Assembly: GCA_002269645.1 (NCBI GenBank)
Contig: NIVC01000460.1
Coordinates: forward strand, 124,001 to 188,000
Direction: 5' to 3'
DNA: 64,000 nt
DNA from: Macrostomum lignano
Lineage: Eukaryota
Shown here: piece by piece, positions 1 to 11,899 of the stretch
Position numbering within the stretch: the first letter of the stretch is position 1
Layout of the letters: each line of letters starts with the position of its first letter
Translations under genes and position numbers: made by a program
Notes under the pieces: generated by a model
What the model was told of the DNA's origin: nothing
Databases searched by the model: none
Seen by the model: the letters and a program-made list of their open reading frames with translations, nothing else

Positions 1-788
1 TAGATATACCCAATGCTGTTTGATGTTGCTGTTTGAATCATATAACCTTTTTTTCAGAAGCTGTGCTCTTTCTGCATGAAAATTGCACTGCTACTTTACA
101 CATGCCTTGCTGTAAAAAGACACATTAAAGACCAACAAAGATGCTTCACAAGCTAAGATAATCTTTAGCAATGGTTATTACTATGTTTTCTAAATACTTA
201 GTACACTGAATGCCTGTCTTTGGCATTTGCACATTCTCCAGTTGTTCGGTAGGCGATTTTGCTTACCCTTGTCAGAACTGTCAATTGCGAATTGCTTCGA
301 GACTGGGTCAATTTTGCCCAACAACCTGGCCCAACAATAACAAATTTTTTTGTTTATGACAGAAAGTTCTAAACTCACAAAGGACACAGACATACATCTA
401 CATATATGTATAAAATCTTTCACTCTGTGGTCTTTCCGACTGGAATGGGAATGCAATGTTTGAGCAGAAAGAAAGTGTCTATGGCCCAATTTTGACCCAT
501 CTGACTGAAATGGAGAGTGACAAATATCTTCACTGTCTTGAAGAAGTTAAATACTACCTAACATTTTTTACATATGCTCTCAATAATCTTACCTTAATAA
601 TAATAATAGTAGTACAGTATATAATCATAGTAGTATTGGTAATAATAACAGGACAGTAACATTAATAGTAACAATATTAATATTAATAATAATAAAAAAA
701 TAATAAATCCAAAAAGCATTTATTATTATTATAAAAAAATAATATTAATTTTAATAGTATTCAGTGTACTTAGTATTTAGAAAACATC

Positions 789-1250
789 GTAACAACCATT
801 GCTAAAGAATATCTCAGCTTGTGAAACATATTTGTGGTGTGTCTGGGGTGTCTTTTTAAAGAAGAGACATGCGTAAAGCAGCTGTGCAATTTTTATTCAG
901 AAAGAGCAAAGTGTAACAATGTAGTTGGCTTCCCAAAAAATGACCATATATGGTATTTGGTAATATTGGGAAATGTTGTAACAACCATTGCTAAGGAATA
1001 TCTCAGCTTGTGAAGTATTTTTGTGTATGTCTGGGATGTATTTTTAAGGTAGAGACATGCATAAAGCAGCTGTGCATTTTTTATTCAGAAAGAGCAAAGT
1101 GCGACAATGTAGCAGCTCCTCAAAAATGACCATATATGGTATTCAGTATATTGGGAAACTTTATAACAACCATTGCTAGGGAATATCTCAGCTTCTGAAG
1201 CATCTTTGTGTGTGTCTGATGTGTTAAAATAGACACATGCGTAAAAAGTT
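789..1250. repeat. Tandem direct repeat, ~190-bp unit, about 2.5 diverged copies
   Basis: The block TAACAACCATTGCTA(A/G)(A/G)GAATATCTCAGCTT recurs at ~790, ~979 and ~1163, followed by matching downstream sequence (AGAAAGAGCAAAGTG...GACCATATATGGTATT). Confidence 0.85.
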
Positions 1251-2266
1251 AAAAATGTACACTATCTTGCATACTAAATAGACAATTTTGTTAACCATTT
1301 ACTGAACAATTTCTAAATGTCTATCTGAATGTCTGTTGGGAAACCAATACATTGGCAAGAGTAACAATAACACTTTTAAGTTATGATTAGGCCCAATACT
1401 TAAACAATGATTACCTTAAAATATTATTGCAACTTTAGGTTTAATGCCCTAAAGGTCCCAAAGTAAATAACTTTATTTAATAAAACTTTTTAACTATATG
1501 TTACTTTAAAACTTACAATTGTAAAATGAAAAAAAAACACTAAATTTTACCTTTTTAATTCTTAATTTACTAGCCTAATTAATTTCCTATTTCAAAAGTT
1601 TTATTTCTTAAATGTTTGCATTTGTTTTGGTTTCTTGATTTTTTTAGATTTGGAAGCACATTAAAAATATTTGGAAAGAGTTTTTGAATCCAAAACATTT
1701 ATATTTTTAAAAATAAAACATTTTTTCATTTTAGTCATAGATTTCAAATTCAAATCCAATATTGGATCCATCACTATTTATTGAATATTAATACTAGTAA
1801 GGAGTCTAATAAAAACTTATTTTTTGGAGCAGTTAGAAAGTGGTCTGATAACTGATATATTATGGTTAAAATATAATTGGTCTAAGATATGATAATGAGC
1901 TTAGGCCTTTATTTATTGAAAAAGGAAAAAATCATTTTTAAATCATGTAGGCCTACACAAGGCATCAGGCTTTGGCAAGCACTTGGTAATTTCTTAGCAG
2001 GGTCTAACAAAAATTTTTTCACCAAAAAACCCTTTCTTAGAAAATGATTATATACAAATGTTGTCTGAGGCCTACACTACAACTCGAATCTACATGTATT
2101 ATGGCAAGGCCAAGGCCCAAGGCTAGGCCTAATTTATGGTCAAATCAAGTCAGTCTTCCAGATTTTCCATCTTTAATCAGAATTCCTTGGCCATGCCGTG
2201 ACACACACAAACTGTTCAATCAGTTTACTTGCTGTAAAAGAGATAAAGAAGTTAAACATTTGGGTT

Positions 2267-2370
2267 ATCCTGAAGATTCCCGCGTTTAATTATAACCCCC
2301 ACCCCCCACCACCCTTGAATAGAGGGCGAAATAATTCCGTAAAATAATTAAACGCGGGAATCTTCAGGAT
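2267..2370. mobile_element. Miniature inverted-repeat element (MITE-like), 26-bp perfect inverted repeats
   Basis: ATCCTGAAGATTCCCGCGTTTAATTA (2267-2292) is the exact reverse complement of 2345-2370. The spacer is 52 bp. No target-site duplication is evident. Confidence 0.6.
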
Positions 2371-2931
2371 TGCCAACATTTGTAGGGCCTACTATACATG
2401 ACATGACTTAACAATTGGGAACTAGGAATTATTAGGGCCATTAAAATACAAGTCATATCGGTTATTTAAGATTGTCAGTCACGTGATTCACGACCATTTG
2501 AAAGAGTCAAAGTTTGCCGGAGGAAGGTTGTACACCTTGAAGCCGACTAAACTGAAACGGTTACGTACGGCAAGGAATCGCGAAAATGTCCTGGAAATTT
2601 TCATACATTTAAAAGTTTACACAGGTATAACAAATTTAAATGCCTAAAATATTATTGCTGCTATGATTAGCTACTAAAAGCACGTATCTGAATCTGCGTC
2701 CTAAAGAAAGTCAAAATTTGACTAATAATAATTTTATTTTATTGGTAAACAAATTACCACACGTTCTTAGCAGTCCACCAGAAGGCCCAACGATTTCTTA
2801 GAAATGCGTTGGATGAGAAAAATTCAAAAATTTAAAACAGGGTGCAGCTCATCTGGGCGATGTGGAGTCGATCTATAACCAACGTGGTTAACTTTTGTTT
2901 GACATTGCTTTAATAGCAATGTAACGATATA

Positions 2932-3020
2932 TACCGATTTTTTTCGGCAGCAATTGCGTAAGCTGAAGCCGCGTAGCGGCTGAAGCTTAGTAGAGCAATT
3001 GCTGCCGAAAAAAATCGGTA
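2932..3020. repeat. 89-bp near-perfect palindrome/hairpin
   Basis: TACCGATTTTTTTCGGCAGCAATTGC (2932-2957) is the exact reverse complement of 2995-3020. An inner arm TAAGCTGAAGCCGC / GCGGCTGAAGCTTA closes around a GTA loop. Confidence 0.85.
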
Positions 3021-3299
3021 CATGTCATTATTGTACCCTTTTGACTTCCCCTGTCTATGGCCCAGACATGTATAGTGCGGATGCTGAGTATGAAATGCGA
3101 TTGTTGCCGGAATGCGCTTTGAAAGGGTTGTAGAGATAATCAATCGTCTATGGCAAATTTAGTTGCTCTCTAAATGAAAGGGTTGTAGAGATAATTAATC
3201 GTTTATGGCAAATTTAAAGGACAGTGAAGACAGCTAGCCTGGCTGCCATGAGTTAATTCTCAAGTTGATTTTGAGCTTGAATTAATTCTCCTATTCGGA

Positions 3300-3700
3300 G
3301 TGCAAATAGGAAAACTAGCTATGATTCGCTACGCAAACATTCCTGGCGGAGAAATATGTGGACTCTCCACGGACGAGTTGGCTTTTGTCACCCGAGAGTC
3401 GAGCACGCGCTACGTTCTGGAGATGGACAACCTGGATGCGTCGTCCAGTTCCAACGGGCTGCCTGAGCTAGGTAGCGAAGATCTGGAAATGTTGGACCGA
3501 CTTGAGAGTGACTCAGTGCCGAAATCGACCGAGACGCAACGGAAGCTTCACGTGGCAAGGTTCCGACAGTTCCTCAACGAGAAGGGGCTCTGCCAGGAGT
3601 TTGAGCGTGTTCCGGATCGATTTTTGAACGATTATCTGAGGCTTTTCTGAGGTTTGTTCTTAAGAACTTTTTGTGACTATGAAACACTTTCGCCGTGTTG
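3300..3700 (+). pseudogene. Truncated Crypton/DUF3504-type tyrosine-recombinase-associated ORF fragment (transposon remnant)
   Basis: ORF 3300-3650 ends LESDSVPKSTETQRKLHVARFRQFLNEKGLCQEFERVPDRFLNDYLRLF*. This resembles the N-terminal core-binding region of Crypton/QRICH1/KCTD1/ZMYM-like proteins (P..T...T...+..F..WL......E.+P...LN.YL..F). It stops before any catalytic domain. Confidence 0.5.
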
Positions 3701-4132
3701 CTATTGTTGTTCCTTGTTTTGATAGCCAAATACATTCGTCTGAAATCCGGCAACAATCGAAAAAAGCCGACAAACAATTAAATTGTTACCGCAAGTATGA
3801 ATGCCGGAAACCATAGACAAAAGGGAACAATAATAAATCCAGTCTGTGGGTAGTCGATATACAAATTAACCTGCATGGCTTGAGTCCTAATTTCTAAATT
3901 TTTTTCCCACCCTCTCCTACCTCTTTACCGCTCCTACCGCTTCGCTTTACACAAATCGAAGGCATGATGGTCAACCCCCACAAAACACTGAATGATTACC
4001 ATTCGATCTACATGTAACTGCATGCTTTCAATAAAAAACTATCGTTTTATGCCGTTAAAATGAAAAGTTTCTATCTCCGTGTAGTGTGTATTTATCAACA
4101 CATCGTGACATCCAGCCCCAGAAGTTTTATTC

Positions 4133-4243
4133 AAGGACCACTAGAAGTTTAGCATCGCTAAATATACACGTAAACAAGCGGGCCTTCAAAAAAAATTGCA
4201 ATTATTGCGTCCTGACACAACAGTAACTTCTATAGTGGTCCTT
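4133..4243. mobile_element. Short degenerate inverted-repeat element
   Basis: CAAGGACCACTAGAAGTT (~4133-4150) versus AACTTCTATAGTGGTCCTTG (~4224-4243): an inverted repeat with one 2-nt indel. Confidence 0.4.
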
Positions 4244-4689
4244 GGTTATTATAAGCTTCCCAAAATCCTCGTTAGTCGACAGACTTTACTAATCTTTAAT
4301 TAACGGCTCAAATGTACTAAATCTTTTTGCAACTATCATGTAAGATTAATGGTCATGCAAAAGACGGTTGTGGGAAACATGGGCACCCCGGCTCCGACGC
4401 CTTCGACGACATTGTCACAAAATAACCTGCGCTTGAGGAAATTCTGCTTCCGATGATGACTCGAGCCTAAGCACAATGCTAGCACAAAGGTACAGCGGTC
4501 AGCGGCCCTTACTTTTTAATCGTGTATTTGAAGTACACTCTGTACCGGGGGATGGTTAATTGACTTTCGATGGTGTGAATCACACGAAAACACGCGCCGC
4601 GGTCAATTTTCGTGCACAATTGTCCCAGATGAATGTGCATGTTTGCGCACGGAATCGAACCAGGATGCCCCCACCCCGAAATTTACCCC

Positions 4690-4786
4690 CATCAAAATTC
4701 CGGAGAAGAAATCCCTTCCCCTTCCCTCTTCTGGGGTGCTGAATGCCCCCCCCCCCCGAAATGATAAATTCCTGGCTGCGCCACTG
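4690..4786 (-). mobile_element. One terminus of a non-autonomous DNA transposon (CAGTGGCGCAGCCAGG...poly-G type end)
   Basis: The minus strand reads CAGTGGCGCAGCCAGGAATTTATCATTTCGGGGGGGGGGG, a common terminus style of invertebrate MITE/hAT-like elements. No partner end was found. Confidence 0.35.
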
Positions 4787-5354
4787 GGCCCCGTACGCGA
4801 TCACACACAGATTGTACGTTACACATGTAAATTCTACTTAAAATTGTGATATAAATAATATAGCTCGTAAATAGAGGCATAATAAAATGATCGATCAAAA
4901 CAAAGCGTTTATTGATAAACAAGAGTCATAATTGAGAGTTCACTTTACATGTGATCATATCGTCAATTAGATCGATTGATATTGAAGCAGTGAATTCACT
5001 GAATAGAGAGACAACAATCAAAATGAACTTGAATTTACACTCAATGCAAAGATGCTAATACTGACAAATTTACACTATGTTTTTATGACCTCAAGAAAAT
5101 CCTCATACCCAGACTTTGGCGAATCACTTTAAGCAGCTAAACGCTGATCGTTCTTCGTAACATATTTGCTTATCTAGGAGCAAAGTAATAAAAACCCCAT
5201 CATCGTCCGGAAATGTTCCTCAAGCATTAATTATTTGTGTGGGGGCATATTTGGCGCACTTTTATGAAAATTAATAATGCTTCTGTGGTGCTGCGCGTAC
5301 AACCCCTATAGAAGGCAAGTTTGCAATGATATGCGGTTATTGGTTGCACAGTGT

Positions 5355-8300
5355 TCATTTGGACATTCCAGTTTTAACTGCGGATCCAGTGTTGGGTATT
5401 AGTTGATTGAAGGCGCTCAAAATTAGCTTCATTTGTTGTCGCTGATTTTCCAGTCCGCGTACCAAAGCAGCTTGATCTTCCCTCAGACTCCGCAGCTCCT
5501 GATGCAGACTGTTCTGAGCAGTTGACAATTGAGTCACTGCCTGTTGCAGCTGCTCCCAGTTACTCTGCATCTCGCCTTGCAGCCTCACCAGTTGTTTCTG
5601 CGATTCAAATTTTATCTCGTGCATCCCATCGTCGAGGCTCTCCCGCATCAGCTCCAGCATATCGGCCTGTCTCTCGATGGCGCTCTCGCTCTCGTTCTGC
5701 ATCTCCAGCAGCTGCTCAGTGTGCCCAATCAGCTCCTGCAGCTCTCCCCGATTCTGCGATACCGCCTGCAGCAGCTTCGGTCGTGACACTCGAAATCGTA
5801 GGGCCTGAAGCTTCAAAAACTTCTGGTAGTCCGCCGGAATGTCCGGCCCGTCGCCCGACCACCAAGGCTGAAAAGGCGATTTCAAACGCATCTATAGTTA
5901 CAGATGCATGCAGAGTGCATACAGATTGGCTATGCGAAGCCATGTGGCCTAATAAGTCAACTATTATTATCAATTTGAACTCGGCCACTGTACTTACTTC
6001 GGCAGCACTTCTTTTAGAGCATTTTGATGCATCGTCTCGCCTCCGACAGGTGCGGTACCACTTAGCCAGGTAGTAGATAAAAGATATCGGCGGAGGCAGA
6101 AAGCTGATGTGCCTGTATTCCTGGAGCATATCGTAGTACTTTCGCCTCCAAATCACCAAGGCCTTATCCGCCATTCTGTTCACAGTTAGACTGAATAGAG
6201 CAATCAGTAAGTTGACCATGACGATGTTGACGAGAATGAGGAACGCAAATATTAGAATATTGTAGAACCACCAGTGTCCTCTAGGATGAGCGATTTCGCC
6301 AACCTTGACGTTGGTTGAGTTTGCCTCATTGAAATTAGCCTGATTAAAGTCGAATTTCTCGAAAATTCCAAACATCATGTAGAAAGGCATGGTGAATATT
6401 TGAGCCGTAATCACCGAGAATGCTCGGTCATCGGATTCAATAGCGGCCACAGGAAATAGCAAGTTTAAAAAGAACACACCGAATGAGTAGAAGATTATGA
6501 AAATGAGCAGCAGAAACGGTAGCAAGTCTTTGATGATCAAGCTGCCTAGGATCGAGATCACGGGGCCGATTTTGTGGTAGTAGTAGAGAAACGCAACAGA
6601 CCGAAATCCCCAGAGCAGGAATGAGGTGCTTAAAACAATCTGGTTGGCGTGGCAGATTTTTCCTCTCGACTGCGCGTAGACAATCCCCGTCAGGTTTAAC
6701 AAAACGCCAGTCCACATCGCTAAAATCGCTAAAATATCGAAATAATTCAGCATGTCTTTGAAGTACTGGGGACACCAGAAGCCTTTGCCGAATGCGAACG
6801 TCCTTCGTTTGCACTTGCGCCTGTAGAAGTCGTCGATCTCGTGACAGGTGAACGATAGCGCGTACAGTGCGATGACCACTAGAAGAGCTAACTCCCTGGG
6901 TGGAACTTCCGTTGACGACAGTGGCAACCGAAAGCAGATGATGTGGTAGGCAAAAACGCAGAGAAAAACAATAAATGAGAAAAAGTATGAATAGAATTTC
7001 TTTTTGGCGGAGAGCTTCCACATTGGCACAACAGCGTCAGGTTTAGGCGCTGCCCAATCGCTGCATACGAAGTGGTGCATGCACTCGGTTGCAAACATGT
7101 CGTCGCAGTCGGACTCTTCTATTAATTTCAGCACCGTCTTGAATCCCGTTGTGCCATCTAGGGACGATCTGCTAGAGAATTTTGGTCCCTTTGTCGAGCT
7201 CCTGGACGAATCATCATCTTCATCCGAATTTGGCTCGAAGTCGATGTCCCCTCGAATGTAGTTATAGAGCAGTTCCTTGTCCTGAACAAAGCCATTCAAA
7301 TACAAGTCATCCAAGCACGTGGCCGTCACAGTGATAATTCGCTTTCTGAGCTTGCTCAACTGATCGTGCTTGCCTTCCCTGGCGACAACCTTCGACTTCA
7401 ACTGAATGATAGCGTTCAGAGCGCAAGGTATGATGTCGAACTGTCTGATGATAATCAGATCGGGTAGAATGTTCACTCTCTCGTGCAGAGCCGCGACGTC
7501 AGACATTGTGAGACTCTCGGCCTCGAGTGAGCTGATGCTAGAGTTTCTGCTCAATGAAAATCCTTGTTTAGCTTTCGCTCTTCTCAGAATCATCGGCATT
7601 TCTTTCGTTGGTCCCGCGTCCAGCTCACAACTGAACATGCTGAGGAACTCTTTCTCGGCTTTCAGGCTCAGAAGTTTGAGCCGAATCGCGCAACGGAGAA
7701 TGACCGGCGAATCCTGTTCAAAAGCTTTGCACAGAATGCTAATATCTGCACCGAATTCATCCGACTCATTGCCGAGACTGGCACCGCCGCCGTCATCTTG
7801 TCGCTTAGTGTTTCGGTCCTTTTCCACTTCGGCTAAGACAGAAGCGTCCGCGATCAGTGCGAGAGATTTTCTAGCAGTCTCCAGATCCGGCAGTTTCAGT
7901 CCGCACTTTGGCGGATCGATGAGACGCAGAAAGTCGACCTGGGAAACACCGTTGGCCGATGCAACTTCTGAAATGACGTCCAATCTTCCCTTGTCGAAGC
8001 CGAAATCGATGCAGGATAGGCCCGCGTGGGTCTCATATGAGAGTGACAGTCCTTTGTCTAGCAGGAAACGAATGTTCTCTTTGTGACCGGCTTCGCATGC
8101 AAAGTGGAGGCATGTTGCGCCGGCGTACGGACCCTTGGAAACCGGAAGCCGAACCAAATCCTCGGCAGACATTTCCGAAATCTCCGCAAGCGGCTCCAGT
8201 ATTTTTTTCAAGTCGTAGCGCCTAGAAAATGTGTGAGCAGCATGAAGTCCCTGAGAATTGACTAAAATCCGCTTGAGAATTTCAGCCATTTCAGTGTCAG

Positions 8301-10770
8301 TAGACGAGTATTTGAGAATCTTGGCCAGAAATTCTGTTGGCAGCACGGAACAGTGAAGAAAATTCTCGTGCACATTGTTCTCTCTGCTCGGATCAACACC
8401 GCTTGAGCACAGAAGCTTAACAAAGCGAATGTGATTCAGAGTAGCATTGTGATCGGCATAGAAATGGTTGTCAGGCGGCATGAAAAGCGAGTGAAGCAAG
8501 GTGCCCTGGCTCAAGTTGGCATGCCTGAATGATATTCTATCGCTATACTCGACTAAAAAGTCGTACAATTTATTTCTTTGATCGAATTTCTTTGGCAACG
8601 GCACGTAACGCAGAGCCAATTGAAGAGGCGTCTCACGGTCTTTGTTCAGCCACTTCAAGCTGTCCAGACCGCTTAATTCAACCACTCGAGTGAATGTTTC
8701 CTGAAAGCCTCTGGCGGCGTAGTGCAGACAAGAATTGCCGGCTTCGTCCGTCAGTTTGAGGCTGTGACGTGACGTCAGCGCCAGGCAGTGCTCGACAACT
8801 GACCAGCTCTGGTGCTCCAGCAGAAAGTGAAGCGGCATTTGCTTCTGCCTGTTTCCTTGAAACAGACCTTCCTGACCGAATGTGTTAATTATTTTAGACC
8901 ATTCTGTCCTACTAATTCTCTTATTCTTGGACAGATAGTGAAGACACGTATTGCCGTTAGAATCCGCCAGATTCGGACAAGCGCTCACTTTGCACGCAAT
9001 CTCAAGCAGTTTCATGCAAATTTCCGGCTTTTGAACCTCACAGGCAATGTGCAGCGGCGTTCTCTGGTTGTTATTCTCGAGAAGAATGCACTTCTCTTTG
9101 TCGTCTGCCATCTTTATGAGTTCGATGATCATCAGTCCATTGTCGCGCTTCTTAGCCGCAATGTGGTAGCACGTGTCGCCGCTCTGGTCTTGCAGGACCT
9201 CGAGAAAGTTCTTCCGAATGCTGGCATTGAGTGCCATGAAAACAAGCTCTAGGACTGTCTCAGCATTCTGATGCCTGCAGGCGATGTGCATGGGTGTCTG
9301 CATCGACTCATTCAGCTGCAATAGGCTCATTTCCTTAAACTCGGTTCTGTTAACCAGTTCAACGATGAGTCGCCCGTCGTGCCATCGCTTCGCAGCCATG
9401 TGGAAGCACGTATTCTTCTTTTGATCGCACTTCTGTGTTAGACAGTAACGATTCTCCTGCTGGGCCAGTTCGACAAGTTTCAGAGCGGTGCTCATGCCTT
9501 TGAACTCGCACGCTATATGCAGCGGCGTCTGCTTCCAGATGTTTTCAAGCAGCAGACCTTTCTCCTTGCTGGCTGCCATCTTCACGATCTCCATGATCAG
9601 CATGCCGTTGTCTCGCTTTCTTGTTGCGATGTGAAAGAAAGTGTCCAGATTGTGATCGGCCATCTCTAAGCAGTCACTGTTAACTGCCAATGCCAGTTTG
9701 ATCAGCTTCAATGCCGTGTGCGCATCCTGCTTGTCGCAGGCAATGTGCAACGGAGTCTGCTTCCAGTTGTTGAGCAGAAGCAGGCACTGCTCACTGCAAT
9801 ATCCTTTCTCGCCAACTAACTTGGCAATGAGTGTCTCCGTGTCCTTTTTCCTGGCTGCAACATGAAGGCACGTGTCCCCATTCTGATCTCGGGCGGTCTC
9901 TAAGCAGTTCTCATCGGCTTTGACTGCCTGAGCTACTAGCTGGAGCACTGTAACTGCCGGCTGCTCTTCGCATGCAATGTGGAGCGGCGTCTGCTTGTTG
10001 CAGTTCTCAGCCAGTAGCAGTCTACCGCTGCAGTCCACCAGCTTCACCAGCTCCGCGATCAACGTGCCGGTGTCCCGCCGACCGGCAGCAAAGTGAAAGC
10101 AGGTGTCTCCATTGCGATCCTGCATCTTCTCGAGGCATCTGGCGTCAACTGACAGCGCCGCCTCCACTAATTCGGTAATGATCTGCGAGCAGTGGCATTT
10201 GCACGCGTTCAGGATTGGCGTGCAGCAGTTGTTGTCCTCCTGCAGCAGGCAGGTGGGGCCGAAGGCCTCCAGCAGGGCTTTCAGAGCGAAGGCTCCGCGG
10301 CAATCCAAAGCGGCAAAGTGAGCAGCGGTTCGGCCGGATGTCAGCGAAGCGAGCAGCTTCTTGCCAGCCGTGGGAACCGGTATGACTTTCGTCAGCGAGA
10401 CAACTTTGTCGAAGAGCTTCGCTTTGGCAGCGTCAAGCAGCTGCTGCTGCCAGCAGTCGGCGGCGAAGCGGGTTCCGCTTATTGACGGCCGCGGGTTCAG
10501 CCGGAACGACACATCGGCTGCGTCAATCGAATCCGACCGCTGATTCAGCGACGTGAAGTACGGCCGAGTCGACCGAGCTTCTTCCACAGCTTCGGCCGTG
10601 ATTGCGTAGAACTGCGGCCGGCCCGTCTGCCGCGCTGGAGAGGCCGGCGTAGCTGCGGCCTGCGGTGTTCGCGGTGGCCTGGGTGGCGGAGGCGGCGCCG
10701 GCGGAGGCAGCGACGGCAACTGCGGCAGCAACGGCTCCAGTTCGACTTCATCAGGCAAATTTCCGCTCAT
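5355..10770 (-). CDS. TRP cation channel with ~20 N-terminal ankyrin repeats and a TRPM-like transmembrane/TRP-box/coiled-coil region (~1761 aa, 2 exons)
   Basis: Exon 1 is 10770-5998 (donor GAA|GTAAGT). Exon 2 is 5867-5355 (acceptor TTTTCAG|CCTTGG, phase 0), and the intron is 130 bp. There are repeated TPLHIAC / DTCxHxAA ankyrin motifs and six hydrophobic segments. Motifs: S4-S5 KIGPVISILGSLIIKDLLPF, pore FTMPFYMMFG, S6 NIVMVNLLIALF, TRP box WRRKYYDMLQEY..LPPP. Exon 2 encodes a long coiled coil. Confidence 0.9.
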
Positions 10771-11499
10771 TTTTGCGCCTCTAAACTAGGCGTCAACGCC
10801 CGCTAATAACTGGAGCCAGCGCGGAAACTCTGCGAATATTAGTTTATGCTTTTTCTTATCTGAAATTTGCATATTTCAATAAAGGCCCAGCGAGAGTCTG
10901 GTCGGTTAATCTGTTCAGGCGTGAAGTGACTCTGTAGCCGCGGCAGTGTAAATCTTTAGGTATTAAAGTTAAGTCTTAAGATTTCTGTTACCGATAGGCT
11001 TACTATGCTAGTATCAAATGAAGCAGATTGGCCGGGGTATGGTAGCTTTTGAATCAGCATTCACTTATCTGCAGAGTGGGGTCGGTAACATCTTAATAAA
11101 AGGTAGAGAGACAAAAACAGAGGCAGAGAGAGAGACCAACTAGCAACGTCCATCGCTGATGCGTACAGCCCACGCAACCTCACAATTTGCTATTGTAAAA
11201 TAATGCCACAATAGTGAAGAGAATGCTCTTCTTATCACAGTGCGTAAGAAGTTAGTTTGTTTACCGCGGTGCAATAACTAATGTAATGCCGCGATTGCAG
11301 AAGCCTACAAAATTTCTAACGCACTACTTATATACGTCAACTAAGTAGTCAAGATGGAACTTCGATTTCTAATCTACATATTGACGTGATTGGCTGATCG
11401 TTTAGTGTCGACTAGTTTTGACTTTTGAAAACCTTTCTGTTACAAATTAGGTTAGGGACGGTGGTTGAGACCAGTGCAGAAGGCGGCTGCTGCTCACGT

Positions 11500-11899
11500 T
11501 GCAGGGGACTCATCACTAGAGAACGCATAGCGCTGTGTGAGGTTTCATTGTCGCTCAGGCAGTGAAAGCGCCAAGCACTTTATCTGCCACTGCCCGAGCT
11601 TCACCAGGGCCAGGCTCACTCGGCCAAACCCGGTTCTCTTCGACGTTTGCAGACCCGAGAGCACCCCGCTGCTCGTTCGGTACGTCAGTGACACGGGACG
11701 AACAAAATTCTTCCCCACAGCGAGACCGACGGGTCCCCCTGAGCGACATCACTTCGATGGAAATAGGCGGTCCTCTCCGCCTCCTCGCTGCACCTGCCAG
11801 TCGATGCTACCCTGCAGCCGAGTCAAGGGGTGTCACCATAGACAAATCTGGTCGAGAAAAACCCGCGTTCCTATAGAGCCTTTGTTTAGCGATGCTGTT
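11500..11899 (+). mobile_element. 3' fragment of a non-LTR retrotransposon (ORF2 C-terminal CCHC zinc knuckle)
   Basis: Translation RCVRFHCRSGSESAKHFICHCPSFTRARL matches the C-x(2-3)-C-x(n)-E(S/T)xxH(F/L)xxxCP...R knuckle at the end of LINE ORF2 proteins. The frame is interrupted by stops upstream. Confidence 0.5.

Noticed and set aside
190-659. Short ORFs 190-489 (-) and 456-659 (+)
   Set aside because: No recognisable motif or splice context, and they run into AT-rich low-complexity sequence. They could be decayed transposon sequence, but I cannot support that.
5716-5997. C-terminal tail of the 1684-aa ORF (VSTVAEFKLII...ADWAH)
   Set aside because: Read-through of an intron. A GTAAGT donor at 5997 and a TTTTCAG acceptor at 5868 join in frame to the coiled-coil ORF 5355-5891.
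5522-10751. Multiple plus-strand and alternate-frame ORFs overlapping the TRP gene
   Set aside because: Shadow ORFs caused by GC-rich coding sequence on the opposite strand; no independent motifs.
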